A DNA stretch of 64,000 nt from Candidatus Nomurabacteria bacterium RIFCSPHIGHO2_02_40_30 (GCA_001785445.1 MFTV01000016.1:6259-70258), one strand, 5' to 3'; counted from the first letter of the stretch, positions 1 through 9,995 are shown. Notes: generated from the letters alone by a model not told the origin. Numbers and translations are program-made.

Positions 1-541
1 TTATTTCTTCCACACCTTCAATATGGCTTGCGATGCGAGCAAGAGCGTAAAGCAAACTCGACAGACGATTCAAGTATTGTAAAGTTTCGGCACTCACTGT
101 GATTTTGCCTTCTTCTTTAGCAGCTATTACTCGCCTCTCGGCTCGTCTGGCTAAAGTTCTGGTGATATCAAAGACAGCTCCGTCTTTGGTCGCGCCGCTG
201 ATGAAAAAAGTTTTAATCGGTGGCAAAACTTTTTCAATTTCATCTACTATATATTCAACTTTTTTAATCTTGTCTTGTGTGATTGTTTTATCCGAGCCTG
301 CCACTTCGGCCTGCACAATAAACAAATTCTGCTGAACTTCGAGAATAATTTCGGCAAAATTCATTTTTTCTTTTTCGATGTCAAAACTTTTACCCTCCGT
401 CCTTGCTCGCGCTAGACCCAAAAAAGAATTGGTCTCATCCAGCGCACCAAGCGCTTCGGCTACGGCCGAGCTTTTAGAGATACGCTGGTTACAGCCAAAA
501 GTTTTAGTGGTGCCGTCATCTCCTTTCCTTGTGTAAAGCAT
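1..541 (-). CDS. PduO-type cob(I)alamin adenosyltransferase (3' end runs off window)
   Basis: Manual translation from ATG at 541: MLYTRKGDDGTT...ALGALDETNS...RTLARRAERR...YLNRLSSLLY, which are the PduO motifs; not in ORF track because truncated. Confidence 0.9.
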   Translation of the reverse strand, partial: MLYTRKGDDGTTKTFGCNQRISKSSAVAEALGALDETNSFLGLARARTEGKSFDIEKEKMNFAEIILEVQQNLFIVQAEVAGSDKTITQDKIKKVEYIVDEIEKVLPPIKTFFISGATKDGAVFDITRTLARRAERRVIAAKEEGKITVSAETLQYLNRLSSLLYALARIASHIEGVEEI

Positions 542-566
542 AAATTATAAATTGATATTTATAAAT

Positions 567-2858
567 TTATATCTCACAAACACCAGACACACAAGCAAAT
601 TCTTTGGCACCGGTGGTATTGTCTGTCATTTCATATTGAGAGAGCTTAGAGAAATCAATTTTACCTATAGCTTTCGCACGTCTTTCATATTCTTCTTTAG
701 TGATAACTTCATAGGGGGCGAGCTGGTACACATGCTCGGAGCGTGGCAGAAAAGACATTCCTCCGACAAAATCCCAGTTTTCGTAAACAAAGTTCCCCAC
801 AGCCAGCCATTCATCCGGTCCCACGTAAATGGTTGCAGATGGATTGTGCTCCACAAAATGTTCTTTCAGCCTTTTCCATTCTTTCAATAAATCAAGCGCA
901 GTAACTTCGTCTTTGAATATTGCTCCTTCTGGCGCTTTGACCGGAAATTCTAAAACAAATGTGGTAGCAGAGTCGAGGGACTGGCCGACTTCCGGCACGC
1001 AAGGAATACCTTGGTCGCGAGCCATCTGCAGTAATGTGTCTGTGTGATTAATTCTAACTCTTCTCACAAAGTACGGAGCAAACCAAGGATGCATCCCAGA
1101 GCCGACAGCGAGGAGCTGACCGGAGTTGCCATGAGGTTTTACGCAAGTGATAGCGGTGGAAGCATTAATGCCGAAACGCTTGGCATATTTTTTATTTGTC
1201 TCAATAGAAGAAAGGCGCAGAGCATCGAGCACTTTGTCGTCTCTGATAACTGGATTATCGTAGTAACCGGTGAGCGATACCCCCAAGAGTCTTTCCGCCT
1301 CGCAATTCTCTTTCCATTTTTTTGAAAGGTAGCCGAAGTTTGTCAAAGTGGATTGGTATGTGCCAAGCAATGTCGCCAAGTCTATCTTTCTTTTAAGAGT
1401 TGCCACGGTATCCGAAGGGCGAATTACAATACTGGTAAGATTGCAAAATTGCTTAGAACGCAAATAAATTTCTCCGCAAGGATTTAATCCTACTTGTCTT
1501 TCGTCCTTGATAGCTTCCCACCTGCGAGCTGGTACTTGCTTCTCTAGTCCCCCACGATTGAAAATCCCGCGTTCGCCGGAGCGAGATTTTACTAATGCCG
1601 TCCATTCATTTAAAAATTCTTCGGCAGATGGCTTACTGTTATACACGGCTGAGTTGTTGGCCATAGAGCGCTGTCCTTCATTTAAGTAAAATTGCCCTTT
1701 CTTGGCATCTCGCATTTCTAAATCCTCAAGTTCGGACACGGAAATAAGAGCACTGCGTCTTACCCCGCCGGCTACCACAATCATGCCGATCTGGCAGATG
1801 ATGTCGTGCATATCCAAGTTGGAAAGGCGCCTGCCTTGTTTAGCTAAGATTTTTCTTTTAGCGAAATCCATCAAGTCCATCAGTGGCTGTGGTCCGGATG
1901 CTTTGCCACCGGCTGTCTCTAGGCGCGCTCCGGCTGGTCTGATATTAGAATAGTCAAATTTTATGTCTCTGCCATCAAACCAAGTTTTAAGTCCCAAAAC
2001 AAAAGCATCTGCCCAGCCTTCTTTGCTGTCGTGAACAATATGCATTATTGGTTTTTCTTTTACTTGTTTTTTAATTTGCGGAAACTGTTGGACATTTTCC
2101 CACTCCACGGCAAAGCCGAGCCCCGCGCCACACATGGAAACATACATAATTTCACCCAAATCTTGTGGACAAGTCGGAGCAATATACGAACAATTATAAG
2201 CCCAGACATTGGACTGGCGGCAAGCCTTGCCGGAAGACCATAAAAGCCGCATGGAAGGGCAAATATCTTGATTCAAGATAGCTTCTCTCACTTCGTCATA
2301 CTCTTTTTTAGAAAGCTTATCGCCCATATTCTCTTTCATATAGTCCATATATCGGTCGATAGTCTCTATCCAAGTTTCTCTGCGGCCCAGCTCCGGAATC
2401 CAGCGTGCGTAAAACTGATAAAAGATAAATTCTGAATAAGGACTGGCAAAATACTTACTGGATTCTTCCACGAGCGCTCTGGTCGCCTCTGGCACGGGTC
2501 CAAAAGCCGCGCGCAATTTTGAACGTTGGCTGCGATACAGAATATATTTTTTAGCCGTCTCGGTAAAACCTTTTTTCATCAATTCTTTCTCCACTAAATC
2601 CTGCGTCATTTCAACCGTCGGCAAAAATTTGGCTTTTTTATTTATATTCACCAGTTCAGTCCGCAAACCAAGCATTGTTTTAAAGACACTGTTAGCCACA
2701 ATGTTAGATTCTTCTTCTTTGCCTTCGCCTGTAACTTCAAAAGCTTTGAAAATAGCCCCAGCAATACGGCTTAAATCAAAAGCCACCACCTCGCCGGTTC
2801 TTCTTCTTATTGATTTTATTTTGGCTAAATCATTTTTTGAAATTTTTTCTTTTTTCAT
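567..2858 (-). CDS. nrdJ: Class II (AdoCbl-dependent) ribonucleotide reductase with N-terminal ATP-cone
   Basis: ATP cone (IRRRTGEVVAFD..YILYR), NCSY, VVAGGVRRSA, GLNPCGEI, FCNLT, C-terminal ACVSGVCEI. Confidence 0.92.
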   Translation of the reverse strand: MKKEKISKNDLAKIKSIRRRTGEVVAFDLSRIAGAIFKAFEVTGEGKEEESNIVANSVFKTMLGLRTELVNINKKAKFLPTVEMTQDLVEKELMKKGFTETAKKYILYRSQRSKLRAAFGPVPEATRALVEESSKYFASPYSEFIFYQFYARWIPELGRRETWIETIDRYMDYMKENMGDKLSKKEYDEVREAILNQDICPSMRLLWSSGKACRQSNVWAYNCSYIAPTCPQDLGEIMYVSMCGAGLGFAVEWENVQQFPQIKKQVKEKPIMHIVHDSKEGWADAFVLGLKTWFDGRDIKFDYSNIRPAGARLETAGGKASGPQPLMDLMDFAKRKILAKQGRRLSNLDMHDIICQIGMIVVAGGVRRSALISVSELEDLEMRDAKKGQFYLNEGQRSMANNSAVYNSKPSAEEFLNEWTALVKSRSGERGIFNRGGLEKQVPARRWEAIKDERQVGLNPCGEIYLRSKQFCNLTSIVIRPSDTVATLKRKIDLATLLGTYQSTLTNFGYLSKKWKENCEAERLLGVSLTGYYDNPVIRDDKVLDALRLSSIETNKKYAKRFGINASTAITCVKPHGNSGQLLAVGSGMHPWFAPYFVRRVRINHTDTLLQMARDQGIPCVPEVGQSLDSATTFVLEFPVKAPEGAIFKDEVTALDLLKEWKRLKEHFVEHNPSATIYVGPDEWLAVGNFVYENWDFVGGMSFLPRSEHVYQLAPYEVITKEEYERRAKAIGKIDFSKLSQYEMTDNTTGAKEFACVSGVCEI

Positions 2859-2863
2859 AAAAT

Positions 2864-3409
2864 TTAAATTGTTTTAGGCTGAAGGGTTTTAATAAGGGGC
2901 ACGGTATATAATTTCTTTTTCTTAACCAGATAACTGTATATGACCGGAGAGAGAATAAACGCAAATGATACATTGCCAACTAGATGTAGAATGGTGAATG
3001 GAATTTGCCCAACAAGTGCAACCAAGATTGGTTGGTCAAAAAATAACGGACCGGTTAATAAGCCGGTAAAAGCGTCAAAAAATAACGTCCCTAAAATTGC
3101 AAAATAAACAAAATTCTTTCGGGACGGCTCGCGATTCTTAAAGTAATAGGCTGATGCATAGCCAACAACTCCATAAGAAGCTGAAGTGAGCATTGTCCAC
3201 TTGCCCAATGTTCCTGTCGCCAAGTCGTAGAGAATAATACTTAAAAAAGCGAAGAAAAATCCAACAGATGCGCCATACGCTTTGCCGAAAGGCATAACCG
3301 TAGACATTATTGGTTCGATATTCGGAGCGCGAAAAGGAAGAAGTCGAAAGAGGAGGCATCCAAATATGCCGAGAGTGAATTTCAGCCAATTTTTTTTGTA
3401 CGGAGTCAT
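2864..3409 (-). CDS. ECF-type S-component membrane protein, probable cobalamin transporter (BtuM/CbrT-like)
   Basis: About 6 TM segments, FRLLPFRAPNIEPI motif; first gene of an operon with nrdJ and the adenosyltransferase; start placed at MTPYKK just after TATAAT. Confidence 0.65.
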   Translation of the reverse strand: MTPYKKNWLKFTLGIFGCLLFRLLPFRAPNIEPIMSTVMPFGKAYGASVGFFFAFLSIILYDLATGTLGKWTMLTSASYGVVGYASAYYFKNREPSRKNFVYFAILGTLFFDAFTGLLTGPLFFDQPILVALVGQIPFTILHLVGNVSFAFILSPVIYSYLVKKKKLYTVPLIKTLQPKTI

Positions 3410-3553
3410 AGCTAAGTTATTATACACGAGAAGAGTGCCCTTGTGTAAAGTGGATAACTCTAATTTTTTAGAGAAAATTACAAAACAAAACAAAGAAAAA
3501 TTCTTGTCAAAAAATATGGTCAGAAAGCTATGTATAAGTGGGTATTTTTAGTG

Positions 3554-3627
3554 TCCGTCCTCTTGGATTCGAACCAAGGACCCCAGAGGTATAAGCTCTG
3601 TGCTCTAACCAACTGAGCTAAGGACGG
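3554..3627 (-). tRNA. tRNA-Ile(UAU)
   Basis: Cloverleaf CCGTCCT..AGGACGG-A, anticodon arm CAGAG-CTTATAC-CTCTG, T-loop GTTCGAATC. Confidence 0.9.
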
Positions 3628-3638
3628 AAGATTGACTA

Positions 3639-5549
3639 TTATACCTTTATATCATCTTTCTTCTTTAAAACAATACCATGAGCTGTCAATATTTTCTCAT
3701 ACTCTTCTTGTTCCAGAGTTTCCACTTCAATTAACTTTTGGGCTATGGCATTGAATGCTTTTTTATGTTCTTTCAGTACTTTTTCTGCAGTTTTTAAGCC
3801 GTCATTTATCATTCTGGAAACTTCCGCATCCACTTTCACTCCGACTGCTTCAGAATATTCTTTCTCCATAATCTCACCAAATTGTGTCCTGCCGAGAGCG
3901 GGAGCTAGGGCAATAGGGCCGATGGCATCCGACATCCCGAAACGGGTGACCATGGCGCGAGCTAGGTTTGTCGCCACCGATAAATCAGAGGACGGTCCGG
4001 TCGTAATATCTCCGAAGATCATTTGCTCGGCGACGTAGCCACCGAGAGACATGGCGATGTCATCTATGAATTCTTTTTTTGACTGCAATCTTTTTTCTTC
4101 AAGCGGTAATTTGAGAGTATACCCTCCGGCATTGCCGCGAGAGATGATGGAAACTTTGTGCACTGGGTCGGCATACGGCAATACTGAAGCGACAAGCGCA
4201 TGCCCTGCTTCGTGATACGCGGTAATTTCTTTTTCTTTTTTGGATAGCAAATGGCTTTTGCGCTCCGGACCTAACATAACTTTCTCAATAGCGCGAATTA
4301 AGTCAAACTGAAAAACTTTTTTTCTATTTTCTCGCGCCGCCAATATCGCCCCTTCGTTCATCAGTGAATACAAATCCGCACCGGAGAATCCGGGAGTGCG
4401 CTCGGCCACTAATTTCAAATTAATATCTTCCGCCAATGGCTTTTGGGCTGCGTGAATTAATAGTATCGCTTCGCGGTCAGCACGATCCGGCAGATCAAGA
4501 ATTACTTTTCTGTCAAAACGCCCAGGACGAATGAGAGCTGGGTCTAAAACATCCGGCCTATTGGTGGCCGCCATCACTATCACTTTGTCATTCGGCTCAA
4601 AGCCATCCATTTCCACCAAGATTTGATTTAAGGTCTGCTCACGCTCATCGTTGCCTCCGCCAAACCCACCTCCACGCGTACGTCCTATAGCATCTATTTC
4701 ATCCACGAAGATTATGGCTGGCGCAGCTTTTTTGGCCATTTTAAAAAGGTCTCGCACCCGAGAAGCCCCCACTCCTACAAACATTTCTACGAACTCACTT
4801 CCAGATAAATGGAAAAATGGCACGCCGGCCTCCCCTGCCACCGCCCTCGCCAGCAAAGTCTTGCCTGTCCCCGGAGCGCCGGTTAGTATCACGCCTTTGG
4901 GAATTCTAGCCCCAATGTCTAGAAATTTCTTCGGGCTTTTCAAAAAATCCACGATTTCTTTTAATTCCTCTTTGGCTTCCTTGCAGCCGGCCACATCTTT
5001 AAAAGTTACTTTATTGTTTTTATCATTCGGGTCGGTGATGCGAGCTTTAGACTGACCGAAGGAAAGCGCCTGCATGCCCGCGCCTTTCACTTGCCGAGAT
5101 ATATACCAAAAGAAAATTAATATAAAAAATATCGGCAATAAAAACGGCAAAATATTTAAAAGCCAGAACATGAACCCACTTTCATCTTTTATTTGTATTT
5201 CAGTTTTTGCGAGAGCCTCATTCGTTACTCCATAATTAAAAAGTGTCTGCGAAAATGCCAAGCCTACTTCTTTTTTCGCTGTCTTCACGTCATTGTTCTG
5301 GTAAGTAATAGAGAGCTTGTCGCCCTCAACTAAAATAGTTTTTACATCTCCTGCTCCCACACTTTTTGCTAAATCAGAAATTGCAACTTCCGGCATAACT
5401 TTGCCGTCGCCGGAAATCACTAAATAGGCTGCGGTAATAAGCATAAAGATAAGTACTGCTCCGGCAATACTACTCGGCAAATTCGCTCCTTGTTTCATCT
5501 TTTTGCCTTTATTTTGCAGGTCGTTTTTATTTAGAAAATTAAAATCCAT
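3639..5549 (-). CDS. ftsH: ATP-dependent zinc metalloprotease FtsH
   Basis: 2 [24 protein letters not shown]. Confidence 0.97.
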   Translation of the reverse strand: MDFNFLNKNDLQNKGKKMKQGANLPSSIAGAVLIFMLITAAYLVISGDGKVMPEVAISDLAKSVGAGDVKTILVEGDKLSITYQNNDVKTAKKEVGLAFSQTLFNYGVTNEALAKTEIQIKDESGFMFWLLNILPFLLPIFFILIFFWYISRQVKGAGMQALSFGQSKARITDPNDKNNKVTFKDVAGCKEAKEELKEIVDFLKSPKKFLDIGARIPKGVILTGAPGTGKTLLARAVAGEAGVPFFHLSGSEFVEMFVGVGASRVRDLFKMAKKAAPAIIFVDEIDAIGRTRGGGFGGGNDEREQTLNQILVEMDGFEPNDKVIVMAATNRPDVLDPALIRPGRFDRKVILDLPDRADREAILLIHAAQKPLAEDINLKLVAERTPGFSGADLYSLMNEGAILAARENRKKVFQFDLIRAIEKVMLGPERKSHLLSKKEKEITAYHEAGHALVASVLPYADPVHKVSIISRGNAGGYTLKLPLEEKRLQSKKEFIDDIAMSLGGYVAEQMIFGDITTGPSSDLSVATNLARAMVTRFGMSDAIGPIALAPALGRTQFGEIMEKEYSEAVGVKVDAEVSRMINDGLKTAEKVLKEHKKAFNAIAQKLIEVETLEQEEYEKILTAHGIVLKKKDDIKV

Positions 5550-5612
5550 TGCTACACATTAGCATAAAACAAACTGAAAGAAAAGACTGAAAAATTTATG
5601 GTAAGATTAAAT

Positions 5613-6059
5613 ATGGCTCATTATGCGGAAAATAGAAAAGCGAGATTTGATTATGAAATTCTAGAAAAATACGAATCGGGTATTGAGCTTTTGGGTTCGG
5701 AAGTAAAGAGTGTGCGAGGGGGGCAAATGTCGCTTGAGGGAGCTTTTGTCATTGTTCGTGGAGGCGAATGTTTTTTAATCAATGCCAATGTTCCAGCCTA
5801 TCAACCTAAAAATGCGCCAAAGGATTATGACCCTTTGCGAAATAGAAAACTTTTGCTAACCAAAAAAGAAATTGCCGAACTGGCAGGCAGTGAAAAAAAC
5901 AAGAGTTTGACAATTGTGCCTATTTCAGTGTATAATAAAGGTAGAAAAATCAAAGTAGAAATTGCTTTGGTTAAAGGAAAAAAGAAACGCGACAAGCGTG
6001 AGACTATAAAAAAACGTGAGACTGATAGAGAAATCAGAAGAGAAATAAAAGAACGTTGA
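5613..6059 (+). CDS. smpB: SsrA-binding protein
   Basis: NRKARFDY, GIELLGSEVKS, RKLLL, DKRE; adjacent to tmRNA. Confidence 0.97.
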   Translation: MAHYAENRKARFDYEILEKYESGIELLGSEVKSVRGGQMSLEGAFVIVRGGECFLINANVPAYQPKNAPKDYDPLRNRKLLLTKKEIAELAGSEKNKSLTIVPISVYNKGRKIKVEIALVKGKKKRDKRETIKKRETDREIRREIKER

Positions 6060-6070
6060 AAAATAAATTT

Positions 6071-6466
6071 GGGGATGCAAGGCATAGACAGTTGGTCTAT
6101 TTGCATTGATGCATACCGAGCATGAACATAACCTCGTAAAAATTTGTTCAAATGTTAATTGCAAAATTAGCTACTAAAGTGAAAAACGCTGTTTCTCCAT
6201 ACTTCGGTATGAATGACTTCGCTTTCGCTTCGGTTTCCGCTTACGCGTAACCGATGTCTCTCTTATAGACTTCCGATATATGAGATGGGGCATAATATTA
6301 TCGGGATAGGAGAAAGACTTTCCTGACTTTTTTCCAAAACAAAAGGAATCGATTAAAAAATATTTGGCTCGTTTCTTAATTTTTTAATTTAAACAAAAAG
6401 CGCGCTACGTATGTAGACTTCACTGCAAACTCCCTCTGCACTGGGATTCAATTTCCCACATCTCCA
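6071..6466 (+). ncRNA. ssrA: tmRNA
   Basis: 5' GGGGATG pairs with 3' CATCTCC-A (G3.U70 Ala identity), T-arm TGGGA-TTCAATT-TCCCA-like, tag ORF 6161-6250 ending AYA*; directly after smpB. Confidence 0.93.
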
Positions 6467-6593
6467 CTCGACTCATTCTGTCTATGACAGAATTCGCTCG
6501 TGGCAAGCCACAGCGGAAAATACCCTGAAGAATTTGAAGGGTGTTTTGAGGCGAGTGCCCTGAGCGACGAGTTGAACGAGGAGTCGAATGGGC
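6467..6593. repeat. Inverted REP-like doublet upstream of GIY-YIG gene
   Basis: TCGACTC-N19-TCGCTCgtGGC (6468-6504) and inverted copy GCCctGAGCGA-N13-GAGTCGA (6557-6587), with internal hairpins. Confidence 0.6.
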
Positions 6594-6606
6594 ATATAAT
6601 CCTATT

Positions 6607-6879
6607 ATGTATTTTTTATATATGATCAAAAATGACTTTGGGAAATTGTATGTTGGTATTACTGAAAATCTAAAGGAAAGACTTTATTATCATAATTCGA
6701 AAACAGGAGCACAATTCACAAAAGGTAAAGCAAAATTCAGGTTAGTTTTTTCTGAAGAATATAACACCTTAGCAGAAGCTAGAAAAAGAGAAATTCAAAT
6801 CAAAAGATGGCGTAGAGATAAAAAGGAAAAATTAATCGATTTTTATGGTCAAAATATATCTACAAAATTGCAATTATGA
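6607..6879 (+). CDS. Small GIY-YIG nuclease (UPF0213-like)
   Basis: YFLY..LYVGIT..R..HN..G..FT..REIQIKRW. Confidence 0.9.
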   Translation: MYFLYMIKNDFGKLYVGITENLKERLYYHNSKTGAQFTKGKAKFRLVFSEEYNTLAEARKREIQIKRWRRDKKEKLIDFYGQNISTKLQL

Positions 6880-6889
6880 TGTTTGACAA

Positions 6890-7399
6890 CTATTTTTGAC
6901 TCAAGTGCCAAGCTGTTTCAGTGCTTTTCTTTACCCCTTCACCAAGGTTCTCACCAAGTTTTAAAAATTCATCAATTATTTCAACTTTAGTTTGTTCTTC
7001 TTCAATTTTTTTGTTACCCCACATTAACTCTTTAAATTTAAAATGAGCAATTTTATTTCTAGAATCGTTTAGCTTTTTTAAAAAATTTATAAAGGGTTTC
7101 CATTGTGGCACATCGCTTCCATACAATTCAGTCATTTTCTCCATAATTTTTATTTTCCCCATAAAACTAATTTCCTCAAACACATATTCAAAAAATTCAT
7201 CACTCTTTGGCATACCTCCTAGTTTTGCCCAATTAGAAAGTTCTACCCACATAGCGGTAGTGGCTATTTGTTTTTCACATAAACAGGTAAGCCAAAAAAT
7301 AAAATTAACTGTTTCTATTTCTTTCTTAGTAATAGATAATTTATCTTCCACAGCACCCATTAGTCCTTTCAAATATTCGCTTTCTTTTTCAGTTTCCAT
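6890..7399 (-). CDS. Hypothetical protein with HEPN-like RxxxxH motif
   Basis: All-helical-looking 169 aa protein containing RNKIAH. Confidence 0.55.
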   Translation of the reverse strand: METEKESEYLKGLMGAVEDKLSITKKEIETVNFIFWLTCLCEKQIATTAMWVELSNWAKLGGMPKSDEFFEYVFEEISFMGKIKIMEKMTELYGSDVPQWKPFINFLKKLNDSRNKIAHFKFKELMWGNKKIEEEQTKVEIIDEFLKLGENLGEGVKKSTETAWHLSQK

Positions 7400-7568
7400 G
7401 GAATTTATGTTAGCACATTAACCTACTATTTAATACTTTTATTGTGAGTAGCTTTTTGCAGGTTTTTATTGTTCTGATAGAAAAACCAAAACATAACTAG
7501 GCAACCTTTTAAGCGGTTCAGCAAATTTTCCCTCTTCTCCACAAAACAAAAATGCTATAATTAAATAT

Positions 7569-8264
7569 ATGGTAATACCAACAGAGTACGCTTACTTATT
7601 TGCCACTCTCCTATTTTTGGTTTTTTGGCTGGTGCTTTTTTATCACAGAAAAGATTTAAGAAAAGAAATGCTTTTCATGAGCATATGCATAGCGATAGCC
7701 GGACTTTTTGCCGAATATTTCTGGTGGACGACAGACTGGTAGCGGCCAATTACTATCACAGGGACAAAGATAGGCATTGAAGACTTTTTACTCGGATTTA
7801 CCAATGGAGGCATTGCCGCAGTTATCTTCGAAGAAATTTTTAAGGAGAGATTTTATAAAAGAAAAAATTTAGAGCGCCACTGGTCAGGAGTTTTTTTAAT
7901 TATCTTAAATTTTACTATCATGGCCGGCAGTTTTTGGTATTTACACTATACTTCTTTTTGGGCTACTACTTTTGGACTATTCATTACTGGGTCTTTGATT
8001 ATATTTTTTAGACACGACTTATGGATAGATGCAGTGATGAGCGGAGTTTTGGTAGCAGTATTATTTCTGCCATTCTATTGGATTTTAATTTTAATTTCTC
8101 CGGAAGGAACCATGGAGAAAATCTGGCTCTTTGAACACTTAACTGGAATAAAAATAACTGGTGTCCCACTCGAAGACATAGTCTTTTACTTTCTAGTTGG
8201 TTTCTCTGTGGGTCCTTTTTATGCCTACTGGCAAGGAGAAAGACTAAGGGCTTTTAAATCCTAG
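7569..8264 (+). pseudogene. Lycopene-cyclase-domain-like membrane protein interrupted by in-frame TAG
   Basis: ATG 7569 is in frame with the 7920 ORF; a single TAG at 7740-7742 in WWTTDW*RP; repeated IGIEDFL/VPLEDIVF motifs. Confidence 0.7.
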
Positions 8265-8314
8265 TTTGACTTTATAGTCTAAATACGCTATATTTCTCTA
8301 GTCAACTTAATCAC

Positions 8315-8821
8315 TTGCGTGAACGAATAAACAACCAAATACGTGCCAAAGAACTTCGGGTTTTGGACAGTGAAAACAAAAATCTCGGTATTTTAAGCAT
8401 AAGAGATGCCTTGGAATTAGCCCAAAGTAAGGGTCTAGATTTGATTGAAATTGCCCCAAATGCCAATCCCCCATTAGGTAAAATAATGGATTTCGGCAAA
8501 TATCAATACGAAGCGAACAAAAAACTGAAGAAATCCAAAGCCGGCGCAAAGCATACCGAGACCAAATCAATCCAGATAAAAATAGGCACCGGTGACCATG
8601 ACTTAGAGCTTAAAGCGAAAACAGCGTCCAAGTGGCTGAAAGAAGGCCACAGAATCAAAGTTGAACTTTTCCTTGCCGGACGCGCCAAGTATATGGATGA
8701 GAAATTCCTAAGGGAGCGATTAGACAGAGTACTGCATTTAATTACAGAAGAATATAAAGTTTCTGATAGCTATAAAAAGGGTCCGAAGGGCTTAACTACA
8801 ACCATAGAAAAAGCAAAATAA
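8315..8821 (+). CDS. infC: Translation initiation factor IF-3 (TTG start)
   Basis: INNQIRAKELR, GLDLIEIAPNANPP, KIMDFGKYQY. Confidence 0.97.
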   Translation: MRERINNQIRAKELRVLDSENKNLGILSIRDALELAQSKGLDLIEIAPNANPPLGKIMDFGKYQYEANKKLKKSKAGAKHTETKSIQIKIGTGDHDLELKAKTASKWLKEGHRIKVELFLAGRAKYMDEKFLRERLDRVLHLITEEYKVSDSYKKGPKGLTTTIEKAK

Positions 8822-8835
8822 CAAAAAGCAAAATT

Positions 8836-9030
8836 ATGAAAGGAATGAAAACAAATAAATCATATAGCAAGAGGCTGAAGCTTACCAAAAACGGGAAGAT
8901 ACTTTCTCGCAAGCCCGGCTTTAACCACTTCAATGCCAAACAGTCTCGCACTAAACAGCTCGCCGGCCATAGGGGTCAAAGTTTTACTATCAAGAACAAG
9001 CCAAAATCACATTTATTACCATTTAGTTAA
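8836..9030 (+). CDS. rpmI: 50S ribosomal protein L35
   Basis: MKTNKS..KRLKLT..GKI; between infC and rplT. Confidence 0.93.
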   Translation: MKGMKTNKSYSKRLKLTKNGKILSRKPGFNHFNAKQSRTKQLAGHRGQSFTIKNKPKSHLLPFS

Positions 9031-9038
9031 AACAAAAA

Positions 9039-9383
9039 ATGACACGAGTAAAAAAGGGAGTACATGCATTAAAAAGAAGGAGAAGTGTATTGAAGCAGAC
9101 TAAAGGCTTCCGCCATGGACGCTCTACTAAAGAGCGCCAAGCCAAAGACGCGCTTCTGCATGCCGGAGCTTATGCTTTCGCACATAGACGCGACAAGAAG
9201 TCGCATAACAGAAAGCTTTGGAATATCAAGATAAACGCTGGCAGCCGCGAGCTAGGCATGTCTTACTCACGATTCATCGATGCCCTTAAAAAGAAAAACA
9301 TATTGCTCGACCGTAAAATTCTGGCGGACTTTGCCGAGCATCACCCAAGAACTTTTGCAAAAGTCCTGGAAGCAGTTAAATAA
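9039..9383 (+). CDS. rplT: 50S ribosomal protein L20
   Basis: MTRVKKG, LWNIKINAG, SYSRFI, LDRKILA. Confidence 0.97.
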   Translation: MTRVKKGVHALKRRRSVLKQTKGFRHGRSTKERQAKDALLHAGAYAFAHRRDKKSHNRKLWNIKINAGSRELGMSYSRFIDALKKKNILLDRKILADFAEHHPRTFAKVLEAVK

Positions 9384-9404
9384 AGTTTGCTTCTTATTTT
9401 TATT

Positions 9405-9995
9405 TTAAATCTTGTATTCAGCTATTTTATCTTTTTTCACCAGAGCAATTACATCTTCCAAGAGCTTTTTGGGGTCTCCTCCTACAACAATTTTCGTATT
9501 AGGACGATGACTTTTTTCTATAATTTCCTCAAGCTGACCTCCCATCTCCCATGGTCCTTCAAAAATACCGATGGGTTTATTGTCTTCAAAGGCAATGGTA
9601 AATTCGTGAATAGTGCCGATACGTCCGCACCCGCAAATGACTGCATCACTCGAGCGAGTGAGGAGGATGTCGCGGCCGGCATACCCAAAGCCTGTATACA
9701 TAATTAAATCCATATAATCAAGCGGGAGCTTATAAACTTCCACATGCTCTTTTTCTGACGCCGCCGGTGATACGCCGATAGAAACTCCGCCTACTTCTTT
9801 CAGTCCCATCGCGACCCAAAGCGGAAAACCAGTTGTTGCTCCTGTTACCAGCACTGCCCCTTGGCGAGCAATCTCGCGACCGAGTTCTTTGGCCTTCTCT
9901 AATGCATCGAGACCGCAATGACCGGTCTCCGCCGCCCCAGAAACACAGATTTTTATCTGGCTGTGTCCGTGTTTAGTATTTAAAATAGATTCCAT
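9405..9995 (-). CDS. LOG/SLOG family Rossmann-fold nucleotide-binding protein (TIGR00725-like)
   Basis: ICVSGAA, LVTGATTG, TGFGYAGRD, GRIGTIHE. Confidence 0.85.
   Translation of the reverse strand: MESILNTKHGHSQIKICVSGAAETGHCGLDALEKAKELGREIARQGAVLVTGATTGFPLWVAMGLKEVGGVSIGVSPAASEKEHVEVYKLPLDYMDLIMYTGFGYAGRDILLTRSSDAVICGCGRIGTIHEFTIAFEDNKPIGIFEGPWEMGGQLEEIIEKSHRPNTKIVVGGDPKKLLEDVIALVKKDKIAEYKI

Noticed and set aside
3449-3458. DnaA-box-like AGTGGATAA here and near 57920 as oriC or a regulatory site
   Set aside because: Isolated imperfect boxes, not clustered, no dnaA nearby; could be chance
7740-7742. Stop-codon reassignment (TAG or TGA read-through)
   Set aside because: TAG ends secY, rpsN and rpsG normally and TGA ends smpB; only one interrupted gene was seen
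8315-8317. Non-AUG (TTG) start of infC
   Set aside because: Non-canonical infC starts are a well-known autoregulatory feature
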